NCBI RefSeq assembly: GCF_964213995.1 | Contig: NC_135817.1 | Coordinates: 38,750,001 to 38,814,000, forward strand | Length of the DNA: 64,000 bases | Direction: 5' to 3' | Source: Mustelus asterias | Lineage: Eukaryota | Part shown: piece after piece, positions 51,501-59,990 of the stretch | How positions within the stretch are numbered: position 1 is the stretch's first letter | How the letters are laid out: each line of letters starts with the position of its first letter | Notes under the pieces: generated by a model | Told to the model about the DNA's origin: nothing | Database searches by the model: none | What the model saw: the letters and a program-made list of their open reading frames with translations, nothing else | Translations under genes and position numbers: made by a program

Positions 51501-53930
51501 GGGCCCTTTTCACCCAACAAGCCTCTGCCCTCTGGGGTTTATTCCTCAAAATCCTCAGTCTTCCAAAATAAATGCTTCACCTGCTATTAGCATGATTCCC
51601 AAACTTTTTCTTTACCCACCCCTCCCATACTTGCCATCCACTTCACCTTTCTACTCTTTCAAGCGCTGAGATGGTATTCAATGAATGAACTGCCACAGAA
51701 ATATAAATTTATTTCACATTAGCAGGATCATTGTGGGATTCACAGGAGATCTTATTGAATCTACTAGAATTAGAGCCTCATGAAATCTGAAACTGGTGTT
51801 TGTCAGATAGCTGACACAATTAGCAAAGAATGACTACATTGCACAAAGCTCAGTTTGAAAGTAGGAGTTACACTCGGAGAATTTTGAAATTGCCATTAAA
51901 TGAGTAGGATGTTCTAAGTATTCAGGAGATATCAGATAAAATTCTGACGAAAGTATCAAGGAGATACTTAAAATCAAAACTGGAAAGAAAATTCTAGTAC
52001 TGTACATCAGATGACAGAGGGACAGAAATAGGCCATTCAGTCCCTCAAGCATATCTGTTCTGTCATTCTAATAGATCATAAATGTTCCCAATTTACAAGT
52101 TTTTAACAATCTCTTGATCTTACGAAAATTTAATTGATCGACAGCAATCAGCCAACTCTGGTTGACAAATAACAATTGTGAAGCAACATTTCCTCAGAAC
52201 TTGAAAGAAAAATCTGAAATTAAGCAACTGCTTTAATATAGATTCATTAATATATTTTCTACTTTGCAAAGCAATTAAACACCAACAGCATTTACTGATC
52301 AAAGACAACCATTCATTAATAATAATTCAATTATTTTACAGGTTCAATATCTGATCTGACAAATGTAGAACAAATGTACAACTGATAGAATGATACAGCA
52401 AAGCAGACAGCTAATTGGCGCATCGTCCCTATGCCAGCTCTTTGATGGAGCTGTCGAAATAGTCCCACTCCACTGTTCTTTTTCACAGCCCTGCAATATT
52501 CCGCCATCAAGTATTTATTCAATCCCCTTTTAGAAAGTTGCTGCTGAAACTGCTCCACTACCCTATCAAGCAGTATGCGACTGAGGTACCTTAAACCATC
52601 AGTTTAAGTCTGTGTTCTCTGGTTACCTATACTTCGGCTACTGGAAACAGCTTCAAGACCATTAATAATTTTGAACACCACTACCAAATCTTCTATTACC
52701 CTTCACGCCAGAAAACAACCCAACTTCTCCAGTCTCCCCATATAAAATGTCCCTGATACCATTCTATTAACCCTTCTCTGAATCCTCTCTAAGGCTATGA
52801 GAACTTTCCTAGAGTTTGGTGTCCAGAATTGAGCATGCACATTCCAGCTGAAGCAAAACCAGTGTTTTACAGATATGTTTTGTTGCAATCTTCCATCCAC
52901 AAAAGATGACAGGCATGCAACAAACAACCCACAGTGGTGGGGTGTCCTCACTTGGTTCACCGGTAAAGATCTTCCTTGCTTTTATACCCTGTGCCTTAGG
53001 GAGTAAAGCAAGCTGGAAGTCGCAAGTAGAAACACAAAGTACTGGAAAAACTCAACAGGTCTGGCAGCATGTGGAGGGAGAGAGAGAGACAGAGAGTTAA
53101 TGATAATATGGCAGCACGGTGGCACAGTGGCTAGCAATGCTGCCTCAAAGCACCAAGGACCTGTCAATTCCCAGCTTGGGTCACTGTCTGTGCAGAGTCT
53201 GCACGTTCTCCCCATGTCTGCGTGGGTTTCCTCTGGGTACTCTGGTTTCCTCCCACAACCCGAAAGACGTGCATTGATCATGCTAAATTCTCCCTCAGTC
53301 TACTCAAACAGGCACCGGAATATGGTGACTAGGGGAATTTCACAGTAACTTCATTGCAGTGCTAATGTAAGCTTACTTGTGACACCAATAAATAAACTTA
53401 AAACTGAACTGGGGAGGGGAGGGGGGTCTCTCATATGGTTTTAACCCACTTTCCACAGTTACCCTGCTGCCTGAGATTTGTGCATATCCACCCTCCAGTG
53501 TTAATGCAGCCCCTATTACAAATTAACAAGAGCTGGAGTACCAGTGGGCAGCAGCACATGGTGAGGGGGACAGAGAGAGACAGCTCCCTGTTCAGAACAA
53601 TGAGAACTGGATCCCTTCGCACCAATGACCCCGGGCTCGGGATGTAGCAGAGTTTCGGGGGGCCGGGGACATCCCCGGCCCGGCTGCAGGTTAGACAGCG
53701 TCTCCACCACCTCAGAGCCACAAGCTGCTGCTCCTCCTCCTCCCTCCCCCGGGGCCGTCGCTCAGCTCAGCCCGCATGTGGACCCTATGTGCCGAGCTAG
53801 CCGGCTGTCTGAGCCCCTCTCCTCATCCCCCCGCGCCAGCCGAGCCGAGCCAAGCACTGACCAACGCGTTGAGATCCTGCCGAGCCAGGTGCGGCTGGCC
53901 CACGGTCACCCCGGCCTCGTCTCCTGTCAT
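21504..53930 (-). CDS. EIF2S3: eukaryotic translation initiation factor 2 subunit gamma, whole gene span (12 coding exons, 1419 nt, 472 aa)
   Basis: Spliced translation runs [23 protein letters not shown]...[14 protein letters not shown] and contains GTPase motifs [14 protein letters not shown] and NKID. Exon sizes 69/64/128/122/95/159/135/95/145/170/173/64 sum to 1419 with frame preserved and GT-AG at every junction. Confidence 0.98.
22041..23046 (-). mobile_element. Rex1/Babar-type LINE, 5'-truncated
   Basis: ORF 22191..22916 reads [21 protein letters not shown]...LRRLRKFG; (TCAAA)n tail; same family as 9215-10285. Confidence 0.9.
23310..25100 (-). mobile_element. CR1 LINE, 5'-truncated
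   Basis: ORFs contain [38 protein letters not shown] and KFADDTK; tail (TTCTTTG)n. Confidence 0.92.
25888..27055 (-). mobile_element. CR1 LINE, 5'-truncated
   Basis: [14 protein letters not shown]-like and [11 protein letters not shown] peptides; CR1-type tail. Confidence 0.9.
27973..28318 (+). mobile_element. young full-length HE1-like V-SINE (type 1)
   Basis: Intact A and B boxes, V-domain, (GATTCTAT)n tail; possible TSD ctatac (27967-27972 and 28315-28320). Confidence 0.92.
29434..29606 (-). CDS. EIF2S3: EIF2S3 exon 11 ([58 protein letters not shown])
   Basis: Manual translation; AG/GTGAG boundaries; 173 nt. Confidence 0.97.
29977..30062 (-). mobile_element. very short CR1 3' tail insertion in intron 10
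   Basis: Reverse complement of GATCAGCCATGATCTTGTTGAATGGCGGGGCAGGCTCGAAGGGCC...TTCTTATGTTCTTAT. Confidence 0.8.
30104..30273 (-). CDS. EIF2S3: EIF2S3 exon 10 ([57 protein letters not shown])
   Basis: Overlaps ORF 29948..30229; AG/GTGAG boundaries; 170 nt. Confidence 0.97.
31315..31459 (-). CDS. EIF2S3: EIF2S3 exon 9 ([48 protein letters not shown])
   Basis: Lies within ORF 31172..31474; AG/GTAAG boundaries; 145 nt. Confidence 0.97.
31615..32763 (+). mobile_element. CR1 LINE fragment with internal deletion
   Basis: [18 protein letters not shown] and YLDFQK motifs joined directly to the 3' tail near 32610. Confidence 0.85.
33068..33226 (-). mobile_element. Penelope-like element 3' tail with hammerhead motif and 11-bp TSD
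   Basis: Closely similar to 54111-54250; flanked by aagatttgaac at 33061-33071 and 33227-33237. Confidence 0.85.
33440..33960 (+). mobile_element. LINE fragment (family of 56790-58980)
   Basis: Shared sequence GATATCAAGAAA...GCAAAGGCTATGGGCCCTGACAAC (KAMGPDNI). Confidence 0.7.
34078..35012 (-). mobile_element. cluster of three V-SINE pieces (34078-34243, 34557-34684, 34757-35012)
   Basis: Repeated GGAAACCGGAGCAC...GGAAACCCA core on the minus strand. Confidence 0.85.
35442..35536 (-). CDS. EIF2S3: EIF2S3 exon 8 ([32 protein letters not shown])
   Basis: Manual translation; AG/GT boundaries; 95 nt. Confidence 0.96.
35620..35921 (-). mobile_element. V-SINE tail type 2
   Basis: Head, V-domain and type-2 tail all present in reverse complement. 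Confidence 0.88.
37701..37835 (-). CDS. EIF2S3: EIF2S3 exon 7 ([45 protein letters not shown])
   Basis: Manual translation; tgcAG acceptor; GTAAG donor; 135 nt. Confidence 0.96.
38360..39425 (+). mobile_element. old CR1 3' fragment
   Basis: Degenerate [22 protein letters not shown] and GDLI motifs. Confidence 0.65.
39483..39641 (-). CDS. EIF2S3: EIF2S3 exon 6 ([53 protein letters not shown])
   Basis: G4 motif NKID; polypyrimidine-cAG acceptor; GTAAG donor; 159 nt. Confidence 0.97.
40453..40766 (+). mobile_element. HE1-like V-SINE (type 1)
   Basis: Head, V-domain and CR1-like tail. Confidence 0.88.
41215..41309 (-). CDS. EIF2S3: EIF2S3 exon 5 ([31 protein letters not shown])
   Basis: Lies within ORF 41102..41344; G3 motif DCPGH; 95 nt; AG/GTAA boundaries. 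Confidence 0.97.
41640..43600 (-). mobile_element. nested LINE debris: LINE 3' end (41695-42520) within an L2-like fragment (to ~43275), then a CR1 tail
   Basis: Similarity to 7120-7445 and 58200-58980 and to the L2 piece at 16650-17565. Confidence 0.6.
43636..43925 (+). mobile_element. V-SINE tail type 2
   Basis: Head, V-domain and type-2 tail. Confidence 0.88.
44906..45027 (-). CDS. EIF2S3: EIF2S3 exon 4 ([41 protein letters not shown])
   Basis: Manual translation; AG/GT boundaries; 122 nt. Confidence 0.96.
45566..45693 (-). CDS. EIF2S3: EIF2S3 exon 3 (P-loop: [43 protein letters not shown])
   Basis: Lies within ORF 45539..45775; AG/GT boundaries; 128 nt. Confidence 0.97.
46265..47865 (-). 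mobile_element. CR1 LINE ORF2 fragment
   Basis: ORF 46949..47170 reads [21 protein letters not shown]...VVYLDFEKA. Confidence 0.88.
49075..49138 (-). CDS. EIF2S3: EIF2S3 exon 2 ([22 protein letters not shown])
   Basis: tttacAG acceptor, GTGAG donor, 64 nt. Confidence 0.96.
49872..50690. repeat. long inverted repeat (arms ~49872-50062 and ~50524-50690), possible MITE or foldback element
   Basis: tttctaaacatttatggatggcacattcatgtgaat... is the reverse complement of ...attcacatgaatgtgccgtccataaatgtttagaaa. Confidence 0.85.
52390..52880 (-). mobile_element. old CR1 3' fragment
   Basis: ORF 52703..52960 reads QFWTP...ALERIQRR...RLEKLG. Confidence 0.7.
53110..53403 (+). mobile_element. V-SINE tail type 2
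   Basis: Head, V-domain and type-2 tail ending AATAAATAAACTT. Confidence 0.88.
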
Positions 53931-54062
53931 CCTGCCGCCCGGGCCCAACCGCCGCTCCCAGAATGATGCAACCCTCCAGCGACAACAAGAACAGACCGCG
54001 CCGCAAGATGGCCCTTCCGGTGACGGCAGGAGAGGCGCCAGTTTCAGCGCCCCCACCCTGTG
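53600..54062 (-). promoter_or_regulatory. CpG island and core promoter of EIF2S3
   Basis: GC- and CpG-rich stretch around exon 1. ETS-type CCGGAAG (plus-strand cttccgg, 54014-54020) sits next to a YY1-like AAGATGGC (54005-54012) and a TGACG half-site (54021-54025), a combination typical of housekeeping promoters. Confidence 0.75.
53862..53930 (-). CDS. EIF2S3: EIF2S3 coding exon 1 ([23 protein letters not shown])
   Basis: ATG at 53930 in a CpG-rich region; donor GTCAGT at 53861; resembles the vertebrate eIF2-gamma N-terminus. Confidence 0.95.
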
Positions 54063-54075
54063 GGACAACAGAAAT

Positions 54076-55200
54076 GATGTGGAGATGCCGGCGTTGGACT
54101 GGGGTGAACACAGTAAGAAGTCTCACAACACCAGGTTAAAGTCCAACAGGTTTATTTGGTAGCAAATACCATAAGCTTTCGGAGCGCTGCTCCTTCGTCA
54201 GATGGAGTGGAAATCTGCTCTCAAACAGGGCACAGAGACACAAAATCAAGTTACAGAATACTGATTAGAATGTGAATCTCTACAACCAGCCAGGTCTTAA
54301 AGATATAGACAATGTGGGTGGAGGGAGCATTAAGCACAGGTTAAAGAGATGTGTATTGTCTCCAGACAGGACAGCCACTGAGATTCTGCAAGCCCAGGAG
54401 GCAAGCTGTGGGGGTTACTGATAATGTGACATAAATCCAACATCCCGGTTTAGGCCGTCCTCATGTGTGCGGAACTTGGTTATCAGTTTCTGCTCAGCGA
54501 CTCTGCGCTGTCGTGTGTCGTGAAGGCCGCCTTGGAGAACGCTTACCTGAAGATCCGAGGCTGAATGCCCGTGACTGCTGAAGTGCTCCCCCACAGGAAG
54601 AGAACAGTCTTGCCTGGTGATTGTCGAGCGGTGTTCATTCATCTGTTGTCGTAGTGATGCAGACGCTACGACAACGGATGAATGAACACCGCTCGACAAT
54701 CACCAGGCAAGACTGTTCTCTTCCTGTGGTGGAGCACTTCAGCAGTCACGGGCATTCAGCCTCGGATCTTCAGGTAAGCGTTCTCCAAGGCGGCCTTCAC
54801 GACACACGACAGCGCAGAGTCGCTGAGCAGAAACTGATAGCCAAGTTCCGCACACATGAGGATGGCCTAAACCGGGATGTTGGATTTATGTCACATTATC
54901 AGTAACGCCCACAGCTTGCCTCCTGGACTTGCAAGCTGTCCTGTCTGGAGACAATACACATCTCTTTAACCTGTGCTTAATGCTCCCTCCACCCACATTG
55001 TCTGTATCTCTAAGACCTGGCTGGTTGTAGGGATTCGCATTCTAATCAGTATTCTGTAACTTGATTTTGTGTCTCTGTGCACTGTTTGAGAGCAGATTTC
55101 CACTCCATCTGACGAAGGAGCAGCGCTCCGAAAGCTTATGGTATTTGCTACCAAATAAACCTGTTGGACTTAAACCTGGTCTTGTGAGACTTCTTACTGC
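54076..55200. mobile_element. young Penelope-like element as an inverted pair (GIY-YIG C-terminus + 3' tail) with 13-bp TSD
   Basis: Mirror ORFs 54415..54699 (-) and 54621..54905 (+) read LRQRMNEHRS...VGEHFS...AEQKLIAKFRTHEDGLN; TSD ggacaacagaaat at 54063-54075 and 55201-55213. Confidence 0.92.
55105..55141 (+). ncRNA. minimal hammerhead ribozyme motif in the Penelope tail (mirror copy at 54169-54205, minus strand)
   Basis: CCAT-CTGACGA-A-GGAGC(AGC)GCTCC-GAAA-GCTT-ATGG gives conserved CUGANGA and GAAA cores, stem II, stem I CCAT/ATGG and a palindromic AGCT stem III. Confidence 0.7.
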
Positions 55201-55364
55201 GGACAACAGAAATACAACAACCTCTTCACCCCCCGCCCCCCCCCCCCCCCACACCACATTGTCAAATAGAAGCTTTACGTTGCCAGAATTAGTGAGCCTG
55301 AGTTATAAGGGAAAGGTTGACCTGGACTTTATTGCTAACCACTGTGCCCCCAGTGAAGGATCAT

Positions 55365-55650
55365 AGTGACACAGTGGTTAGCACTGCTGTCTCACAGCGC
55401 CAGGGACCCAGGTTCGATTCCCGGCTTGGGTCACTGTCTGCGGGGAGTCAGCACATTCTCCCCGTGTCTACAAGGGTTTCCTCCTGCTGCTCCGGTTTCC
55501 TCCCACAGTTCAAAAGATGTGCTGGTTAGGTGCATTGGCCATGCTAAATTCTCCCTCAGTGCACCCAAACAGATGCCGGAGTGTGGTGACTAGGGATTTT
55601 CACAGTCCTTCATTGCAATGTTAATGTAAGCCTACTTGTGACAAATAAAT
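55365..55650 (+). mobile_element. V-SINE tail type 2
   Basis: B-box GGTTCGATTCC, V-domain and type-2 tail. Confidence 0.88.
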
Positions 55651-55669
55651 TAATAATATTCTTTGAAAC

Positions 55670-56240
55670 ATAGGAGAATGAGGGGTGACCTTATCAAGGC
55701 GTATAAAATCATGAGCGGCATAAATAGGATGAATGCACATCGGGGGTGAATTTTACCATCCTACCCGCCATGGAAATTGGAGCTGGTGAGGGGCGGACCT
55801 TGGAAAGGTCCATTGACCCTGGACAGGATTTTCCGGTTTCGGGGCGAGTGTGGCCAGAAAATCCCACCCTTAGTCTTTTTCTCAGGGAAGGGAAATGGGA
55901 AACTAGTGGGCATAGGTTTAAGGTGAGAGGGGAAAGATTTAATAGGGACCTGAGGGGCAACTTCTTCATGCAGAGGGTGGTGCATGTATGGAATTAGCTG
56001 CCAGAGAAAGTGATTGAGGCAGGTACAATAGCAACATTTAAAAAGCATTTGGATAAATTTAAAGTTTAAAGTTCATTTATTAGTGTCACAAGTAGGCTTC
56101 CATTAACATGAATGGGAAAGGATTAGAAGGATATGGACCAAATGCGGGCAATTGGGACCAGCTGGGAGGGCACCATGGTCAGCATAGACTGGTTGGGCCG
56201 AAGGGCCTAATTCCATGCTGTATTGCTCTGTGACTCCATA
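55670..56240 (+). mobile_element. CR1 3' end interrupted by a ~130-bp MITE-like insert (55742-55869) and a short SINE tail (56055-56110)
   Basis: RGDLIKAYKIM and RGNFFMQRVVHVWN peptides flank an insert with imperfect terminal inverted repeats. Confidence 0.75.
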
Positions 56241-56375
56241 TGGTCAAATAATTAACAGGATGGAAGCTATTCTTCCAAAAGCAAAAGATGTAGAAAACTG
56301 GGCCATGGAGTGGAAATAGTTGAGTAATGGTTCTATTCTACATTGCTGTGAAATTCCTACCAGGCAGCTAATGTA

Positions 56376-56645
56376 GGCTGTCTGTGTGGAGTTTGCACAT
56401 TCTCTTCGTGTCTGCGTGGGTTTCCTCCGGGTGCTCCGGTTTCCTCCCACAGTCCAAAGATGTGCGGGTTAGGTTGATTGGCCATGCTAAAATTGCCCTT
56501 AGTGTCCTAGGATGCGTAGGTTAGAGGGATTAGTGGATAGATATGTAGGGATATGGGGGTAGGGTCTGGGTGAGATTGTGGTCGGTGCAGACTCGATGGG
56601 CCGAATGGCCTTTCTCTGTGCTGTAGGGTTTCTAAGATTTCTAAG
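56376..56645 (+). mobile_element. HE1-like V-SINE, 5'-truncated
   Basis: V-domain and CR1-like tail (GATTTCTAA)n. Confidence 0.85.
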
Positions 56646-56789
56646 AAAGCAAATAACAATCTTTTCAGCGAAACCGCTCCAACACTTTGTTGGACCAACA
56701 AAAACATTCAACGCTTTTAGGGGAGAAGGACTCTGGAATTCATCTCCAGTTTTGAGATGAAAATGGTCAAACAATTGCATAGCATCAGA

Positions 56790-58982
56790 AGTGACAACAC
56801 ATGCATGCCCAGCAGCACACAATGGACAAAGCTAAGTGATCCTACAATCAACTGATCAAATCAAAGCCTGCAGTCCTGCCACATCCAGCCGGGAATGGTA
56901 GTTGTCAGTTAAGCAACTAACAGGATGAAGAAGTGCTACAAAATCCCATTCTCAATGATGGAGAAGCCCAGCATAGCTGCAAAAGATAAGGCTGAAGCCC
57001 TTGAAATCATCTTCGACCAGAAGTGTTGAGTGATTGAACCATCTGGGCTTTCTCCTGAGGTCCCCAGCATCCCAGGTGCCAATCTTCAGCCAGTTCAATT
57101 CACTTAATCTGATATCAAGAAACAACTGAAGGCACTAGATACTGCAAAGGCCTGCACAACATCCCAGCAATATCATAGAATATCTTAGAATCTTTACAAT
57201 GCAGTGCCATTTGGCCCATTGAGCCTGCACCGAAAGCAATCCCACTCAGGCCCTATCCCCGTACCCCCACATATTAACCCTGACACTAAGGGGCAATTTA
57301 GCATGGCCAATCAACCTAACCCGCACATCTTTGGACTGTGGGATGAAACTGGAGCCTCCAGAGGAAACCCACGCAGACATGGGGAGAATATGCAGACTCC
57401 ACAGAGAGAGTCACCTGAGGCTGGAATTGAACCAAGGTCCCTGGCACTGTGAGGCAGCAGTGCTAACCGCTGTGCCACCATGCTGCCCCAAATAGTGAAG
57501 ACGCATGCTCCAGAAGTATCTGCACTCCTAGCCAAGCTGTTCAAGTACAGCTACAACATTTGTAATCTATTGCCCAATGTGACCATTTTCCCAGTTATTT
57601 AATTTCATAAAAAGCAGGACAAATCCAATCTGCTCCATTAGAATCCTCTCGCTGATCAGCAAAGCGGTACAAGGTGTGGTTGACATTGCTCGAAAGCAGC
57701 AATCACACAGCAATAACCTATTCACTGATGCTCAGTTTGGGTTCCACCCGGGCTACTTTGCTCTTAACTTCATTTCAGCCTTGGTTTGGTCAAAACATGG
57801 ACAAAAGAGCTGAACTCAAATGGGGAGGGGAGAGTGACTGCCCCTCACGGTGGCATGTGACCGCGTGTGGCATCAAGGATTGCAAAATTGAAGTACATGG
57901 ATATCATGGGGAAAATTCTCTACTGGTTGGAGTCATACATAGCACTAAGAAAGATGGTTGTTGTTATTGGAGTCCAATTATCTCAATTGAAGGACATTGC
58001 TGGAGGACCTCTTCAGAGCAGTGTTCTAGACTCAACCATCTTCAGCTGCTTCATCAATGACCTTTTTTGCATCTAAAGGAGAGAAGTGGGGATGTTGGCC
58101 AATGATTGCACAATGTTCATAACTATTAGTGACTCCTCAGGTACTGAAACAGTTAGTTCCCATATGCAGCAAGGCGTGGACAATATTCATAAAAGGTGAC
58201 CAGCAACATTCTTGCCACACAAATGCCAGGCAATGACCATCTCCACAAGAGATAATCTAACCATCTTCCCTTGACATTCAATGGTATTACCATTGCTGAA
58301 TCCCACACTATCAGTATGTTGGGGTTTACCATTGACCAGAAACTGAACTGAACCAGCCATATATATATTGTGGCTACAAGAGCAGGTCAGAGGCTTGGAA
58401 TTCCAAGGTGAGTAACTCAACTCCTGACTCCCCAAATCTTACCCACCATCTAGATGCCACAAGTTAGAAATGTGATAGAATACTTCCACCTGCCAGAAGT
58501 GTGCAGCTCCAACAACACTCAAGAAGCTCGACACCATCATAAACAAAACACTTCGTTTCGTTGGCACCCATCCATACCACCTTAAATATTCAGTCCCTCC
58601 ACGTCTGATATACAGTGGCAGCAATGTGTACTATATACAAGGTACACTGCAGCAACTCACCAAGGCTCTTTCAACAGCACCTTCCAAACCTCCACCACTT
58701 GGAATGACAAAGACGGAAGATTCATGGGAACATGATCACCTTCAGGTTTCCCTCCAAGCCACATACCATCCTGACTTGGAATCATACTGCCGTTTTCTCG
58801 TTGTCACTGGATCAAAATCCAGTGGAATTTCCTCACCGATGTGGGAGTACCCAGCTGGACCAGATGGACTGCAGAAGTTCCAGAAGGTGACTCACCTCTA
58901 CCATCTGAAGGGCAATTAGGGTTGGGCAACAAATGCTGGTCTTGCCAGTGATGCCCATACCTCATGAAAGAATAAAAATAAA
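56790..58982 (+). mobile_element. decayed LINE RT and 3' end with nested V-SINE (57175-57489, minus)
   Basis: ORF 57867..58076 reads LYWLESYI...QSSVL..TIFSCFINDL; terminus GGGCAATTAGGG...CATGAAAGAATAAAAA. Confidence 0.75.
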
Positions 58983-59807
58983 TAGAGCAATGAAAGATAG
59001 GGCCAGTTTCAACTTCTTCCCCTTTACAACAGCATATGCACAAGGAATTGACCATGACATTTCACCATTTTGACTGCTATTATGCTTCTTACAGCTTTCA
59101 AAATGTAAGAGGAATTTTCTGAAGGTGTTCCACTGGGGTGCTCTGTACTTGTTGAACCTCACTCAACCAATACGTAGAATGCAAAAGACAGTATATATTT
59201 AAAGAAAGAAAAGGAATTTATTTGCTAATGCATGCATCAGGAGAGAGACAAAGTCAATGAGGATTGACTGTCCTTTCTGAGCTAATATTGCAAGGTAAAA
59301 TTATTATACTCTGAACATTTCAATATCCCACTCAGTCTCGTCAATCAGACTGGAGAGCCCAATCACAATATTCAACATTATTAACTTAGCCAATAATGTT
59401 CCACCTGTCAACAGGAATAGGAGATTATTAGCTTACTGCCCATGTAGGTTCCTTCCCCTTTACCTAGGAAACCTAACCCACACCATTATCAGTGTCCAAG
59501 GCCATAGCCAACATCTGTGATTTCAATTGGTGAAAGGGGTCATTCTTTCGCTGGAACCAGGGCCTCTTTTATCAGCTTGAGAGACTGCTCCAGCCTCACT
59601 ACCCATGAACGAATTTACTTTCTTTAATAGCAGGCCTATGATTTAAAATTGTTTCCGTGTATCCAAAAACAGATAAGAGAAGCTGCCTTTCTGTGCTCTA
59701 TTGTATTAAAAGAATTTGCTCTGCCTATCACTGTGTTTCCCATCATGCTGCATTCAGAACAAAGTTGGCCAAGGCGCACAATACATATATATTGAAAATA
59801 CAATTTA

Positions 59808-59990
59808 AGAGGGTTAAGCACAGGTTAAAGAGATGTGTATTGTCTCCAACCAGGACAGTTAGTGAGATTTTGCAAGCCCAGGCAAGTCGTGGGGGTTACA
59901 GACAATGTGACATGAACCCAAGATCCCGGTTGAGGCCATCCTCATATGTGCGGAACTTGGCTATCAGTTTCTGCTCAGCGATTCTGCGTT
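59808..59990 (-). mobile_element. Penelope-like fragment (same family as 54076-55200)
   Basis: ORF 59896..60084 reads RIAEQKLIAKFRTYEDGLNRDLGFMSH. Confidence 0.85.

Noticed and set aside
53931-54068. N-terminal extension of eIF2-gamma suggested by ORF 53823..54068
   Set aside because: The ORF does not start at a real ATG and spans promoter/5'UTR sequence. The ATG at 53930 gives the canonical 472-aa protein.
54076-55200. Palindrome as a pure assembly fold-back artefact
   Set aside because: The arms differ by substitutions and an indel, one side has an extra tail, and a 13-bp TSD flanks the insertion; read-level confirmation is still advisable.
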